52,699 nucleotides of DNA from Thermoanaerobaculia bacterium (GTDB lineage Bacteria; Acidobacteriota; Thermoanaerobaculia; Multivoradales; UBA5704): assembly GCA_044226625.1 (NCBI GenBank), contig JBGAGQ010000043.1, positions 1 through 52,699 of the forward strand. The letters are read 5' to 3'. Made by a program: the position numbers and the translations under genes. Positions within the stretch are counted from its first letter, which is position 1. Every line of letters starts with the position of its first letter. Of the stretch, positions 26,785 to 36,587 are shown in pieces. The notes under the pieces are model-generated. The model was not told where the DNA came from, ran no database searches, and was given only the letters and a program-made list of their open reading frames with translations.

Positions 26785-27005
26785 GAGAGCCGCAGCTCTC
26801 GCAGAACCTCCTCAGCATCGAAAAGACGGCCCGCTTCGACATCCTCCTGGGATGCGAGGAGAGCTCCGTGAAGCGCTTCACGATCTCTGAGGTCGAGCCA
26901 GTCGCCGGGATCGAGGGGAAGAAACTCCACCTCGGTTCCTTCGGGGAGCTGGGTGGGCTCGTCGACCACAAATCGGCCTTCGTGAACATGAGCTTTAAGC
27001 GTCAT
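26781..27005 (-). CDS. Putative type II antitoxin
   Basis: 74 aa, acidic. N-terminal LKAHVHEGRFVVDEPTQLPEGTEVE (AF2212/swapped-hairpin-like). C-terminal SQEDVEAGRLFDAEEVLREL (ParD-like). Directly upstream of the toxin. Confidence 0.75.
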   Translation of the reverse strand: MTLKAHVHEGRFVVDEPTQLPEGTEVEFLPLDPGDWLDLRDREALHGALLASQEDVEAGRLFDAEEVLRELRLS

Positions 27006-27120
27006 AGAGAAAGGGTAACACGGGCGCACCCAGACTTAGTTCGGAGGCTTTCGGACCTTGCGATTGCGCGACCGGCAAAGCGCAATGAGGTGTTCACGTC
27101 TCGGAGCTCGTAAGTAGCGC

Positions 27121-27262
27121 CGGACTTCCGCCCCACCCTTCGGACCGTGGCCCCGATTCTCCAGACCACGGTCCCCGATCACCCAGACCTCTAACGCGAG
27201 CACTCGGACCCAGGTCGCAAACATCCAGGCCCAAGTCCCGATCCTCCGGACCGCGGTACGAG
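27121..27262. repeat. Degenerate ~21-bp tandem repeat, 7 copies, palindromic core GGACCnnGGTCC
   Basis: C(A/G)GACC-like anchors at 27121, 27141, 27162, 27184, 27205, 27226 and 27247 (spacing 20,21,22,21,21,21). Confidence 0.7.
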
Positions 27263-27310
27263 CCCCCTATTCCCCCCTCTCCGCCTGGAAAACCGCGAAC
27301 CGGGCATCCT

Positions 27311-27374
27311 GGTGGGACCCGAAGTGGCCCCTGGTGGACAAAATTGGACAGAAGTGGAGCAAGAGGCTTAGAAT
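27311..27374 (+). promoter_or_regulatory. dcw promoter with MraZ-binding repeats
   Basis: GTGG at 27312, 27324, 27334 and 27354, plus TTGG at 27344 (about 10-bp period). -10-like TAGAAT at 27369-27374, upstream of mraZ. Confidence 0.75.
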
Positions 27375-27409
27375 CGGCGTCCAAATAGCTGGACCCATAG
27401 GTGGGGGTC

Positions 27410-27853
27410 ATGTTTCGGGGTAGCTCACCAGCGAAGATCGACGAAAAGGGCCGCCTCAAAGTGCCGACGGATTTCCGCCGGTTCGTTGAGGAGAGGTATG
27501 GGCGCGAGCTTTTCGTGACCTCGATCCACGGCGACTGCGCGCAGCTGTATCCGCTGCCGGTCTGGGAGGAGATCGAGGGGAAGCTACAGGCCATGCCTTC
27601 GGCCGATCCGGCGAAACGGCGCTTCCTCGAACGGTCGAGCTATTACGGCCAGCAGGTTCGGCTCGACGACCAGGGGCGACTGGTGATTCCGCAGATCCTC
27701 CGCGAGAGCGCCGGGATGAACGGCGACGTGGTGGTGATGGCGCAGATCGACCACCTGATCGTCTGGAACCACGAGCGCCTGGTCGCCCGTCTCGCCGAGC
27801 AGCCGTTCACCGAGGACGACTCCCGCGCGTTGGCGGAGCGCGGCGGAATCTAG
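27410..27853 (+). CDS. mraZ: Division/cell-wall cluster transcriptional regulator MraZ
   Basis: MFRG...IDEKGRLKVPTDFR and LDDQGRLVIPQILR (two DxxGR repeats); first gene of the dcw cluster. Confidence 0.96.
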   Translation: MFRGSSPAKIDEKGRLKVPTDFRRFVEERYGRELFVTSIHGDCAQLYPLPVWEEIEGKLQAMPSADPAKRRFLERSSYYGQQVRLDDQGRLVIPQILRESAGMNGDVVVMAQIDHLIVWNHERLVARLAEQPFTEDDSRALAERGGI

Positions 27854-27888
27854 TCCGTGCGACCCGCCAGCGACGAGATCGAGAGCCC

Positions 27889-28833
27889 GTGGCCGACCGG
27901 CACGTCCCCGTCCTGCTCCGCGAGGTGGTCGAGCTGCTCGCCCCCGAACGCGGAGGCGTCTTCGTCGACGCGACGCTCGGACTGGGCGGGCACGCCGAAG
28001 CGATCCTCAATGCCGGCCCCACGGTCGAGCTGGTGGGGATCGACCGCGATCCCCAGGCGCTCGAGATCGCGCGCGAGCGGCTCTCCCGATTCGGCGACCG
28101 GGCGCGCTTCCTCGAAGGGAACTTCTCCGACCTGTCGGATCTGCTCGAGGCGGCCGGGATCGGCCGGGTGGCCGGGATCCTCGCCGACCTCGGCGTTTCG
28201 TCGCTGCAGCTCGACTCGCCGGAGCGGGGCTTCAGCTTCCGCTTCGGCGGGCCTTTGGACATGCGGATGGGCCGCTCGGGCTTCTCCGCCGCGGACCTGG
28301 TGAACGAGAGCTCGGAGGAAGAATTGGCCAAGATCTTCTGGGAGTACGGCGAGGAGAGACAGTCGCGGCGGATCGCTCGCGCGATCGTAGCGGCGCGCCG
28401 CGAGAAGCCGATCGAGACCACCTCGGAGCTGCGCCGGGCGATCGACCGCGGCAAGGGATTCGAATCCGGACCGCGCCACCGCGAGGGCCGGGTCGATCCG
28501 GCGACCCGCGTGTTCCAGGCGCTGCGGATCGAGGTGAACCAGGAGCTGACTGGCCTCGAGAGCTTTCTCGACCAGGCGGTCGGCCAGCTCGACGCCGAGG
28601 GGCGCCTGGTCATCATCTCGTACCACAGCGGCGAGGACCGGATCGTCAAGAACCGGTTGCGCGACCTCGACCGAGGGGAGATCGACCCGGTGACCGGACG
28701 CCCTCGCTCCGAGAGCCAGGCGATCGAGCTGCTCACCCGCCGCCCGGTGCGCCCGACGGACGAGGAAGTGGCGGAGAACCCGCGTTCGCGCTCGGCGCGA
28801 CTGCGCGCCGCCCGGAGACTGGAGACGCGGTGA
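27889..28833 (+). CDS. rsmH: 16S rRNA C1402 methyltransferase RsmH (MraW)
   Basis: HVPVLLREV, DATLGLGGH, DLGVSSLQLD, RGFSF, LDMRM, FQALRIEVN, ISYHSGEDRIVK, NPRSRSARLR. Confidence 0.98.
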   Translation: MADRHVPVLLREVVELLAPERGGVFVDATLGLGGHAEAILNAGPTVELVGIDRDPQALEIARERLSRFGDRARFLEGNFSDLSDLLEAAGIGRVAGILADLGVSSLQLDSPERGFSFRFGGPLDMRMGRSGFSAADLVNESSEEELAKIFWEYGEERQSRRIARAIVAARREKPIETTSELRRAIDRGKGFESGPRHREGRVDPATRVFQALRIEVNQELTGLESFLDQAVGQLDAEGRLVIISYHSGEDRIVKNRLRDLDRGEIDPVTGRPRSESQAIELLTRRPVRPTDEEVAENPRSRSARLRAARRLETR

Positions 28834-29174
28834 GGAATGCCTACGCCTTCACGCGTCCGGTCGCCAACGCCTACCTGGTTCGGGAGCGCGATAGGAAGCG
28901 CTTTCGCGAGCTGGGCCTGGTGCTCGCGGCGGTCGGAACGCTAGGCGTAGGCCTGCTCGCCTATACCTGGATCCACCTCGAAGTCCTGTCGACCGGCTAT
29001 CGCATCGACCAGCTCGAAACCCAGCTGCGGGAGCTCACCCGCACCGAGCGGCAGCTGTCGCTCGAAGCGGCGTATCTCGCGAGCCCGCAGGTCATCGAGG
29101 AGCGCGCGCGGCGCGACCTCGGCCTCGAGCCTCCGGCCCTCGACCGGGTGATCTTCTGGGAGGAGCTGCCTTGA
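28830..29174 (+). CDS. ftsL: Cell division protein FtsL
   Basis: Single TM followed by a coiled coil, ending LASPQVIEERARRDLGL; located between rsmH and ftsI. Confidence 0.85.
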   Translation: MRNAYAFTRPVANAYLVRERDRKRFRELGLVLAAVGTLGVGLLAYTWIHLEVLSTGYRIDQLETQLRELTRTERQLSLEAAYLASPQVIEERARRDLGLEPPALDRVIFWEELP

Positions 29175-31048
29175 AGACGCGGCTCCGGGTGGTCGCCGGC
29201 CTCGGGCTCGTCTGGGCGGCGCTGATCGCCGGGCGGCTCTATTTCCTGCAGGTCGTCCGCCACGATCACTACGCCACGCGCGCGGGCAATCAGCAGCAGC
29301 GCGTGATCGAGCTCGATCCGCCGCGCGGCACCATCTACGACGCGCGCGGCCGCGAGCTCGCGGTGTCGATCGAGGTCGACTCGCTCTACGCGGTGCCCTC
29401 CGAGATCGACGATCCGAAAGCGGTCGCCCGTCAACTCTCGGGTCTGGTCGAGAAGGAGCCGGCGAAGCTCGCCCGGCAGCTCGGCGACCCCGGGAAGGAT
29501 TTCGTCTGGATCCAGAGGAAGCTCGATCCGCCGAACGCCGAGAAGATCCGAGCGCTCGGGATTGCCGGGCTCCACTTCGTCACCGAGAGCAAGCGCTACT
29601 ACCCGATGAAGGAGCTTGCGGCGCAGGTGCTCGGGTTCGTCGGCACAGAGAACCATGGGCTCGAGGGACTCGAGAAGCTCTACGACTCGACGATCGCCGG
29701 CAAGCCCGGACGCCGCACCGTCCTGCGCGACGCGCGCAAGGGGACGGTGATGGACCCCGAGCTGTCGTTCACGGACCCCGAGCCGGGACGCGACCTCCAC
29801 CTTTCGCTCGACGCGACGATCCAGCACATCGTCGAGCGCGAGCTCGGCCGGGCGGTCGAGGAGCGCGGCGCGCGCAAGGGGATGGCGGTCTTTATCGATC
29901 CGCGCACCGGCGGCGTGCTCGCTCTCGCGAGCTACCCGGCGTTCGATCCGAACCGGTACGGCAAGGCCTCCGACCTTTGGCGCAATCGGGCGGTCACCGA
30001 TTTCTACGAGCCGGGCTCGACGTTCAAGATCGTGACCGCCGCGGCGGCGCTCGAGAGCGGCTTGGTGAAGGCGAGCGACACGTTCGATTGCGGCATGGGC
30101 GGCATCACGCTCGCGGGGATTCGGATCCGCGACCACAAGCCGTTCGCCACGCTCACCTTCGCCGAGGCGATCGCCAAGTCGAGCAACGTCGGCATGATCA
30201 AGACCGCCCTGCTCCTGGGCGACGAGCGGCTATACGGCATGGCGAGCGCCCTCGGCTTCGGCCGCAAGACGGGGATCGACCTGCCCGGTGAGGCCTCGGG
30301 AATCCTCCACCCCCTGCCGATCTGGCGCCGCTTCCCGCTCAGCAAGGCCTACATCTCGTTCGGCCAGGGCGTCTCGGTGACGCCGCTCCAGCTGGCCGTG
30401 GCGGCGGCGACGGTCGCCAACGGCGGCGTCCGACTGAAGCCGTACGTCGTCGCCGCGACCGGCGGGGGCGAACGCATCGAGCCGCTCCATCCGACCGCCC
30501 AACCGGTCGGCCGGGCGATGTCGCCGGCCACGGCCGCCGAGGTGACGCGCCTGCTCGAAGGCGTGGTGACCGTCGGCACGGGCAAGTCCGCCGGAATCGA
30601 CGGCTACCACGTAGCGGGCAAGACCGGGACGGCGCAGATTCCGGTCGCGGGCGGCTACGACCGCAACCGCTACGTGCCCAGCTTCGTCGGTTTCGCGCCG
30701 GGCGATCGGCCCGAGATCGTCGGGGTGGTCGCGGTCGACGCGCCGCAGGGCTTCGAGTATCACGGCGGCCAGGTGGCGGCACCGATTTTCGGTGCGATCG
30801 CCCGGCAGGTGCTCCTCTACCTCGGCGTCCGCCCGGAGCGTCCTCGCCCCGACTGGCCGGACGGCCGGCCGCTGCCGAAGATCGTGACCGCGGGTCTCGA
30901 AGGACCTCCCGCTCCCTCTTCTCCGCTTCCGGCGGCTCGAATGGACGGGAAGGCGGCGCCCACGGCACCGCCTTCCGCCGTTCGGCCGGTCCCGGCCAGC
31001 TCGATCCGGATCACCCCGGCGGCCACCGCGCCCGGCGGTCGAGGATGA
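29171..31048 (+). CDS. ftsI: Class B penicillin-binding protein (FtsI/PBP3)
   Basis: RGTIYD, RYYP, GLEGLEK, EPGSTFK (SxxK), SSNVG (SxN), KTGTAQ. TTG start. Pro/Ala-rich tail, no PASTA domain seen. Confidence 0.93.
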   Translation: MKTRLRVVAGLGLVWAALIAGRLYFLQVVRHDHYATRAGNQQQRVIELDPPRGTIYDARGRELAVSIEVDSLYAVPSEIDDPKAVARQLSGLVEKEPAKLARQLGDPGKDFVWIQRKLDPPNAEKIRALGIAGLHFVTESKRYYPMKELAAQVLGFVGTENHGLEGLEKLYDSTIAGKPGRRTVLRDARKGTVMDPELSFTDPEPGRDLHLSLDATIQHIVERELGRAVEERGARKGMAVFIDPRTGGVLALASYPAFDPNRYGKASDLWRNRAVTDFYEPGSTFKIVTAAAALESGLVKASDTFDCGMGGITLAGIRIRDHKPFATLTFAEAIAKSSNVGMIKTALLLGDERLYGMASALGFGRKTGIDLPGEASGILHPLPIWRRFPLSKAYISFGQGVSVTPLQLAVAAATVANGGVRLKPYVVAATGGGERIEPLHPTAQPVGRAMSPATAAEVTRLLEGVVTVGTGKSAGIDGYHVAGKTGTAQIPVAGGYDRNRYVPSFVGFAPGDRPEIVGVVAVDAPQGFEYHGGQVAAPIFGAIARQVLLYLGVRPERPRPDWPDGRPLPKIVTAGLEGPPAPSSPLPAARMDGKAAPTAPPSAVRPVPASSIRITPAATAPGGRG

Positions 31049-32580
31049 GCGCCATCTCCCTCTCTCGGCTGGTCGAGGGGATGGACGGCCGCGGCGGCCT
31101 CGAGCTGCCGAGCGATTTCGGTGTCGACCCCGCGATCGCCGGCGTGAGCCACGACTCGCGATCGGTCGCCCTGGGCGACCTATTCGTGGCCTGGCCGGGT
31201 GGGAAGTTCGACGGTCGGACGTTCGTTCCGCAGGCGGTCGAGCGCGGGGCGGTCGCGGTGGTGGCACCGGGCGCGCGACCGGCTGGACTCTCGCCCGGGG
31301 TGGCTTGGCTCTCGGCCGAGCATCCTCGACAGTTGCTCGGCCCGCTCTCCGCCCGCGTATATGGCAATCCGGATCGCGAGCTGCTCCTCGCCGGGGTGAC
31401 CGGAACGAACGGCAAGTCGACCGTAGCGACCTTGCTCGCGGCGATCTTCGAGCAGGCCGGGCTCGTTGCCGGATTCATCGGCACGCTCGGCTATCGGCTG
31501 CGCGGCGAGACCTTTCCTGGCGAGCGGACGACCCCGGAGGCGAGCGACCTCTTTCGCACCCTGCGGGCGATGCGCGCGGCGGGGGCGGTCGCGGTCGCGA
31601 TGGAGGTCTCCTCGCACGCGCTGGAGCAGGGGCGGGTCGACGGTGCGGCGTTCGACCTCGCGCTGTTCACCAACCTGACGCGCGACCACCTCGACCTCCA
31701 CGGCGACATGGAGAGCTATTTCGCCGCCAAGCGCCGGCTGTTCGATCGCCTCAAAGCGGGCGGACGGGCGGTGATCAACGTGGACGATCCCTACGGCCGC
31801 CGGCTCGCGGCCGAGCTTCCCGACGCCTGGACCTTTGGCGTCGAAGGGCACCCGGCGACCGTGACGGTGCGCGACGTGAAGCTCCACCGCCACGGTCTTT
31901 CCGCTACGGTGGTGGTGACCGACCCGGGGACCGCTCGTGTGGAGGAATTCCCTCTCGTGTCGCCGCTGCTCGGCCGCTACAACCTGTCGAACTTGGTCGG
32001 CGCGGTCGCCGGGGCGCTGGCGCTCGGGACGGCGAGGATCCCGTGGTCGGCGATCGCCGCGGCCGCCGCCGCGCAGCGTCCCGTTCCCGGCCGGATGGAG
32101 CCGGTCGAGCGCGGCCAACCGTTCGCCACGATCGTGGATTACGCGCACACCGACGCCGCCCTGGCCGCCGCGATCTCGTCGGTGCGCGAGCTCGTGCCGG
32201 GCCGCACGATCGTCGTCTTCGGCTGCGGCGGCGACCGCGACCCCGGCAAGCGCCCACTGATGGGACGGATCGCGGGCGAGCAGGCCGATCTGGCGATCGC
32301 CACTTCGGACAACCCGCGCAGCGAAGATCCCCTGGCGATCCTCGCGGCGGTCGAGGAAGGACTGCGCGCCTCCGGCCGCAACAACTATCTGCTGATCCCC
32401 GACCGGCGCGACGCGATCCGTACCGCGATCGCCGCCGCCGACGAGGGCTCGGCCGTGCTCATCGCGGGCAAGGGGCACGAGCGGAACCAGACGATCGGCG
32501 ACCGGAAGCTCCCGTTTTCCGACTTCGAAGAGATCGAGCACGCTTTGACGGAGAGATTCGGTGCACGCGTCGGCGGCTGA
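31045..32580 (+). CDS. murE: UDP-MurNAc-dipeptide:meso-DAP ligase
   Basis: GVTGTNGKST, TTPEA, MEVSSHAL, FTNLTRDHLD, VDYAHT, FGCGGDRD, DNPR (meso-DAP signature), AGKGHE. Confidence 0.97.
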   Translation: MSAISLSRLVEGMDGRGGLELPSDFGVDPAIAGVSHDSRSVALGDLFVAWPGGKFDGRTFVPQAVERGAVAVVAPGARPAGLSPGVAWLSAEHPRQLLGPLSARVYGNPDRELLLAGVTGTNGKSTVATLLAAIFEQAGLVAGFIGTLGYRLRGETFPGERTTPEASDLFRTLRAMRAAGAVAVAMEVSSHALEQGRVDGAAFDLALFTNLTRDHLDLHGDMESYFAAKRRLFDRLKAGGRAVINVDDPYGRRLAAELPDAWTFGVEGHPATVTVRDVKLHRHGLSATVVVTDPGTARVEEFPLVSPLLGRYNLSNLVGAVAGALALGTARIPWSAIAAAAAAQRPVPGRMEPVERGQPFATIVDYAHTDAALAAAISSVRELVPGRTIVVFGCGGDRDPGKRPLMGRIAGEQADLAIATSDNPRSEDPLAILAAVEEGLRASGRNNYLLIPDRRDAIRTAIAAADEGSAVLIAGKGHERNQTIGDRKLPFSDFEEIEHALTERFGARVGG

Positions 32581-34039
32581 GGCGGTCGCGGCGATGTCCG
32601 GCCGCCTCGTCGCGGGCGGCGCGGAGGCGCGCTTCGGAGGCGCGGCGTTCGACTCGCGCCTGATCCGCGGCGGTGAGCTGTTCTTCGCCTTTCGGGGCGA
32701 GCACGCCGACGGCCGCGCGTTCGTACCCGACGCGCTCACCCGCGGCGCCGCGGGAGCCGTGGTCGAAGCCGGGGGCGAGCCGCTTCGGCTGCCCGAGGGG
32801 TCGAACCGCTTCGTCATCGAGGTTGCGGACGTTGGCGACGCGCTGGTCGAGCTCGCCCGCTCGCTCCGCCAGAGGGCGTTCGAGAAGATCGCCGGCATCA
32901 CCGGATCGGCGGGCAAGACGACGACGAAAGAGCTGCTGGCCGCGATGCTCGCCCGTCGTTTCCGGGTCGGGCGGACGCTCGGCAACTTCAACAACCGGAT
33001 CGGTCTGCCCGTCTCGCTGCTCAACGCGCCCGACGACACCGAGTGGATGGTCGCCGAGATGGGGATGTCCTCGGCCGGCGAGCTCGCGGAGCTGTCGCGG
33101 ATCGCCCGGCCGAACGTGGCGATCTTCACCGTCGTTCGGCCGGTCCATCTCGAGTTTTTCGACTCGGTGCGCGCGATCGCCGAGGCCAAGTCCGAGCTCC
33201 TCGCCGGACTGGCTGACGACGGCTGGATCGTCGCCAACGCCGCCGATCCCGAGGTGGTTCGGATCGCCCGAAGGTATCGGACCGAACGGGCGAAGCCCGG
33301 CTTCCGCATCGTCTGGTACGCCCTCGGCGAGCCCACGCCCGAGTTCTTCCGCGACGCGGACCGCGAGAGCGACCGCATCGACCTGCGCGCGTTCGACGTC
33401 TCCCCGCTTCCGGACGGGCGCGGCACGCGCTTCCTGCTCGCGGTGGACGAGGACGTGCGCGTGGTCCACCTCGCGCTCCACGGCGCCTACAACGTCGAGA
33501 ATTTCCTCGCTGCGGCCGCCGCGGCCTGGTCGATCGGCGTACCGATCGAGGACCTCGCCGCGGTCGCCGCCGAGATTCCGGGCGCGCCGGGCCGGGGCGA
33601 AGTCCATCGCCTCGAGCTCGCGGGCGGCGGCCACGCCCTGCTGGTCGACGACTCGTACAACTCGAATCCCGACGCGGTCGGCAAGGCGCTCGCGGGCGCC
33701 GCCGCCGTTCCCCGCCGGTCGGGATCGGGACGCCAGATCGCAATCCTCGGGGACATGCTCGAGCTGGGTCCCAACGCGCCTTCTTTCCATCGTGAGGCGG
33801 GCGCGCGCGCGGCGGCCCTCGGGTTCTCCCCGGTGGTCGGCGTGGGCGAGCTGTCTCGCGAGTTGGTGGACGCGGCGGCCGCGGGAGGGGCCGAGGCGAT
33901 CCACCGCGAGGACGCCGAAAGCGCGGCGGATTGGGCGATCGAAAACGTCGCGCCGGGAGACGTGGTGCTGGTCAAGGGCTCGCGGGGCGTTCGACTCGAC
34001 CGGGTCGTGGCGCGTCTGCGCGGCGAGGCGAGGGGCTGA
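32561..34039 (+). CDS. murF: UDP-MurNAc-tripeptide:D-Ala-D-Ala ligase
   Basis: [53 protein letters not shown]. Confidence 0.96.
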   Translation: MHASAAEAVAAMSGRLVAGGAEARFGGAAFDSRLIRGGELFFAFRGEHADGRAFVPDALTRGAAGAVVEAGGEPLRLPEGSNRFVIEVADVGDALVELARSLRQRAFEKIAGITGSAGKTTTKELLAAMLARRFRVGRTLGNFNNRIGLPVSLLNAPDDTEWMVAEMGMSSAGELAELSRIARPNVAIFTVVRPVHLEFFDSVRAIAEAKSELLAGLADDGWIVANAADPEVVRIARRYRTERAKPGFRIVWYALGEPTPEFFRDADRESDRIDLRAFDVSPLPDGRGTRFLLAVDEDVRVVHLALHGAYNVENFLAAAAAAWSIGVPIEDLAAVAAEIPGAPGRGEVHRLELAGGGHALLVDDSYNSNPDAVGKALAGAAAVPRRSGSGRQIAILGDMLELGPNAPSFHREAGARAAALGFSPVVGVGELSRELVDAAAAGGAEAIHREDAESAADWAIENVAPGDVVLVKGSRGVRLDRVVARLRGEARG

Positions 34040-35118
34040 TGCTCTACGAGCTGCTCTATCCGCTCCACGAGCGGTTCGCGATCTTCAACGTCTTCCGCTA
34101 CATCACCTTCCGAGCGGCGGCGGCGATCCTCACCGCGCTGCTGCTGTCGTGGCTGCTCGGACCCTGGTTCATCCGCACGCTGCGCCGGTTGTCGGTCGGC
34201 CAGAACATCCGCGAGCTCGGCCCCCAGGCGCATCAGGTGAAAGCGGGCACCCCCACCATGGGCGGGCTGCTCATCCTGTTCGCGCTGATCGTGCCGACGC
34301 TCCTGTGGGGCAACCTGCGCAACCGTTACCTCTGGCTCGCGATGGGGATCACGGTCGCCTTCGGTGTCGTCGGCTTCCTCGACGACTATCTGAAGGTGAG
34401 GAAACGGCGGAACCTCGGCCTTACCGCGCGGGCGAAATTCCTCCTCCAGGTCGTGGCGGCGCTCGCGCTCGGGCTGTTCCTCTGGGCGATTCCGGAGTTC
34501 GATTCGACGCTCGCTTTCCCATTCTTCAAGCGGCTGGTGATCCCGCTCGGCATCGCCTACGTGCCGTTCGTGGTCCTGGTGCTGGTGGGCGCCTCGAACG
34601 CGGTCAACCTGACCGACGGGCTCGACGGGCTCGCCATCGGCGCGACCACGATCGCCGCCGCGACCTACGCATTCTTCACCTACGTCGGCGGCAACCGGGT
34701 GATCGCGAACTACCTGCAGATCTCCTACGTGCCGGGGGTGGGCGAGGTGACGGTGTTCTGCGCCGCGCTCGTCGGCGCCGGCCTCGGCTTCCTCTGGTTC
34801 AACTCGCACCCGGCGGAAGTCTTCATGGGCGACGTCGGCTCGCTCTCGCTCGGCGCGGCGATCGGCGCGGTCGCCGTCCTCGCCAAGCAGGAGATCCTGC
34901 TGGTCGTGGTGGGCGGAGTCTTCGTCCTCGAGGCGCTCTCGGTGATCGTCCAGGTCGCCTCGTTCAAACTGCGCGGCGGCAAGCGGGTGTTCCGCATGGC
35001 GCCGCTCCATCACCACTTCGAGCTTTCGGGCTGGGCCGAGCCGAAGGTGATCGTGCGCTTCTGGATCCTCTCGATCCTGTTCGCACTCCTTTCCCTCTCG
35101 ACCCTGAAACTGCGATGA
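34039..35118 (+). CDS. mraY: Phospho-N-acetylmuramoyl-pentapeptide transferase
   Basis: [53 protein letters not shown] overlaps the murF stop. Confidence 0.98.
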   Translation: MLYELLYPLHERFAIFNVFRYITFRAAAAILTALLLSWLLGPWFIRTLRRLSVGQNIRELGPQAHQVKAGTPTMGGLLILFALIVPTLLWGNLRNRYLWLAMGITVAFGVVGFLDDYLKVRKRRNLGLTARAKFLLQVVAALALGLFLWAIPEFDSTLAFPFFKRLVIPLGIAYVPFVVLVLVGASNAVNLTDGLDGLAIGATTIAAATYAFFTYVGGNRVIANYLQISYVPGVGEVTVFCAALVGAGLGFLWFNSHPAEVFMGDVGSLSLGAAIGAVAVLAKQEILLVVVGGVFVLEALSVIVQVASFKLRGGKRVFRMAPLHHHFELSGWAEPKVIVRFWILSILFALLSLSTLKLR

Positions 35119-36587
35119 CGCCGACCGCCAACCCATCGATGATCGCGCCCTGGGGCGATCGACGCCTCGAGCGAGCGCTGGTCTACGGCCTCAAACTGTC
35201 CGGGGTCTCGGCGCTGCGTTTCCTCCGCCGGCGCGGCGTCGCCGCGATCGGCGTGGATCGGAAGAGCGCGGCGGATCTCGATCTCGGCGAGCTCGCGAGC
35301 GATCCCGGCGTCGACCTCCGCCTGGGCGAGGCCGCGACGGCTCCCGACGCGCCGCTCCCCGACGGCCTCGACGCCGTGGTCGTCTCCCCGGGCGTGCCGA
35401 TGGACCAGCCGCTGCTCGAGAAGGCGCGCGCCGCGGGGATTCCCGTGATCGCGGAGGTGGAGCTGGCGTTTCCCGCGCTCGAGGCGGAGGGGGCGAGCCT
35501 GGTCGCGATCACCGGCAGCAACGGCAAGAGCACGGTAACCCGGATGGTCGGCGCGATCCTCGCCGCGGCGGGCCGCCGGGTAGAGGTCTGCGGCAACATC
35601 GGCACTCCGCTCACCCGAAGCGTCGACGAGCCATCGGTCGGCGCTCCCGAGGGCACCGAGCCGGGGCGGGCGTTCGTGGTCGAGATGTCGAGCTTTCAGA
35701 TCGAGGGGATCGACCGCTTCCGCCCCGACGCCGCGGCGCTGCTCAACATCTCCGAGGATCACCTCGACCGTTATCCGAGCCTCGTCGCCTACGCCGACGC
35801 CAAGAAGCGCCTGTTCGCCCGCATGAGCCCGGAAGGGATCGCGGTGCTCAACGCCGACGACCCCATGACGCTCGGCGTCCGAACCGCCGCGCGCCGACGG
35901 ACCTTCTCGCGCCTCGGCCCGGTCTCCGACGGCTGCTTCCTCGGCGCCGACGGCTGGGTGGTCGAGGTCGAGCCCGACGGCCGGCGGACTCCCCTGTTCG
36001 AAGCGTCCAGCGTGCCGCTCGCCGGGGTGCAGAACGTCGAGAACGCAATGGCCGCCGCCCTGCTCTCCCGCGCCCTGGGCGCCGGGGTGGCGGCGATCCG
36101 CGAGGCGATCGCCGCGTTCCGCGGCCTCCCCCACCGGCTCGAGCGGATCGGCGAGCGCGACGGCATCGCCTGGTACGACGACTCGAAGGGGACCAACCCC
36201 GCGGCGACGATGAAGTCGATCGAAGGGTTCGCCGACGGCACGGTGCACCTGATCCTCGGCGGCCGCAACAAGGGAGCGGACCTCTCGCTGCTCGCGCCGG
36301 TCGTCGCCGCCAAGGCGCGCCGGGTGTACCTGATCGGCGAATCGGCCGAAGAGCTCGCTCGCGCGCTCGAGGGCACGGCGCCGATCGAAGCGGCCGGGAC
36401 GCTCGATCGCGCGGTCGAGGCCGCGGCGGGCCACGCCCGCCCGGGGGAGGTCGTGGTGCTCTCTCCGGCCTGCGCGAGCTTCGACCAGTTCAAGAACTTC
36501 GAGCACCGGGGCCAGGTCTTCCAGGAACTCGTCCGCGGCCGCGTGCTCACGGCTCCAGCCACTTCGACGTCGGGAGGGACCGCCTGA
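35115..36587 (+). CDS. murD: UDP-MurNAc-L-Ala:D-Glu ligase
   Basis: [62 protein letters not shown] 35115 overlaps the mraY stop. Confidence 0.96.
   Translation: MTPTANPSMIAPWGDRRLERALVYGLKLSGVSALRFLRRRGVAAIGVDRKSAADLDLGELASDPGVDLRLGEAATAPDAPLPDGLDAVVVSPGVPMDQPLLEKARAAGIPVIAEVELAFPALEAEGASLVAITGSNGKSTVTRMVGAILAAAGRRVEVCGNIGTPLTRSVDEPSVGAPEGTEPGRAFVVEMSSFQIEGIDRFRPDAAALLNISEDHLDRYPSLVAYADAKKRLFARMSPEGIAVLNADDPMTLGVRTAARRRTFSRLGPVSDGCFLGADGWVVEVEPDGRRTPLFEASSVPLAGVQNVENAMAAALLSRALGAGVAAIREAIAAFRGLPHRLERIGERDGIAWYDDSKGTNPAATMKSIEGFADGTVHLILGGRNKGADLSLLAPVVAAKARRVYLIGESAEELARALEGTAPIEAAGTLDRAVEAAAGHARPGEVVVLSPACASFDQFKNFEHRGQVFQELVRGRVLTAPATSTSGGTA

Noticed and set aside
27094-27594. 166-aa minus-strand ORF spanning the 21-bp array and mraZ
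   Set aside because: Antisense to mraZ and its promoter. The repeat-like peptide stretch comes from the DNA array and changes frame.
32673-36587. 1304-aa ORF suggesting a giant MurD fusion
   Set aside because: The first 814 codons are an off-frame read-through of murF and mraY. The real MurD starts at ATG 35115, overlapping the mraY stop.
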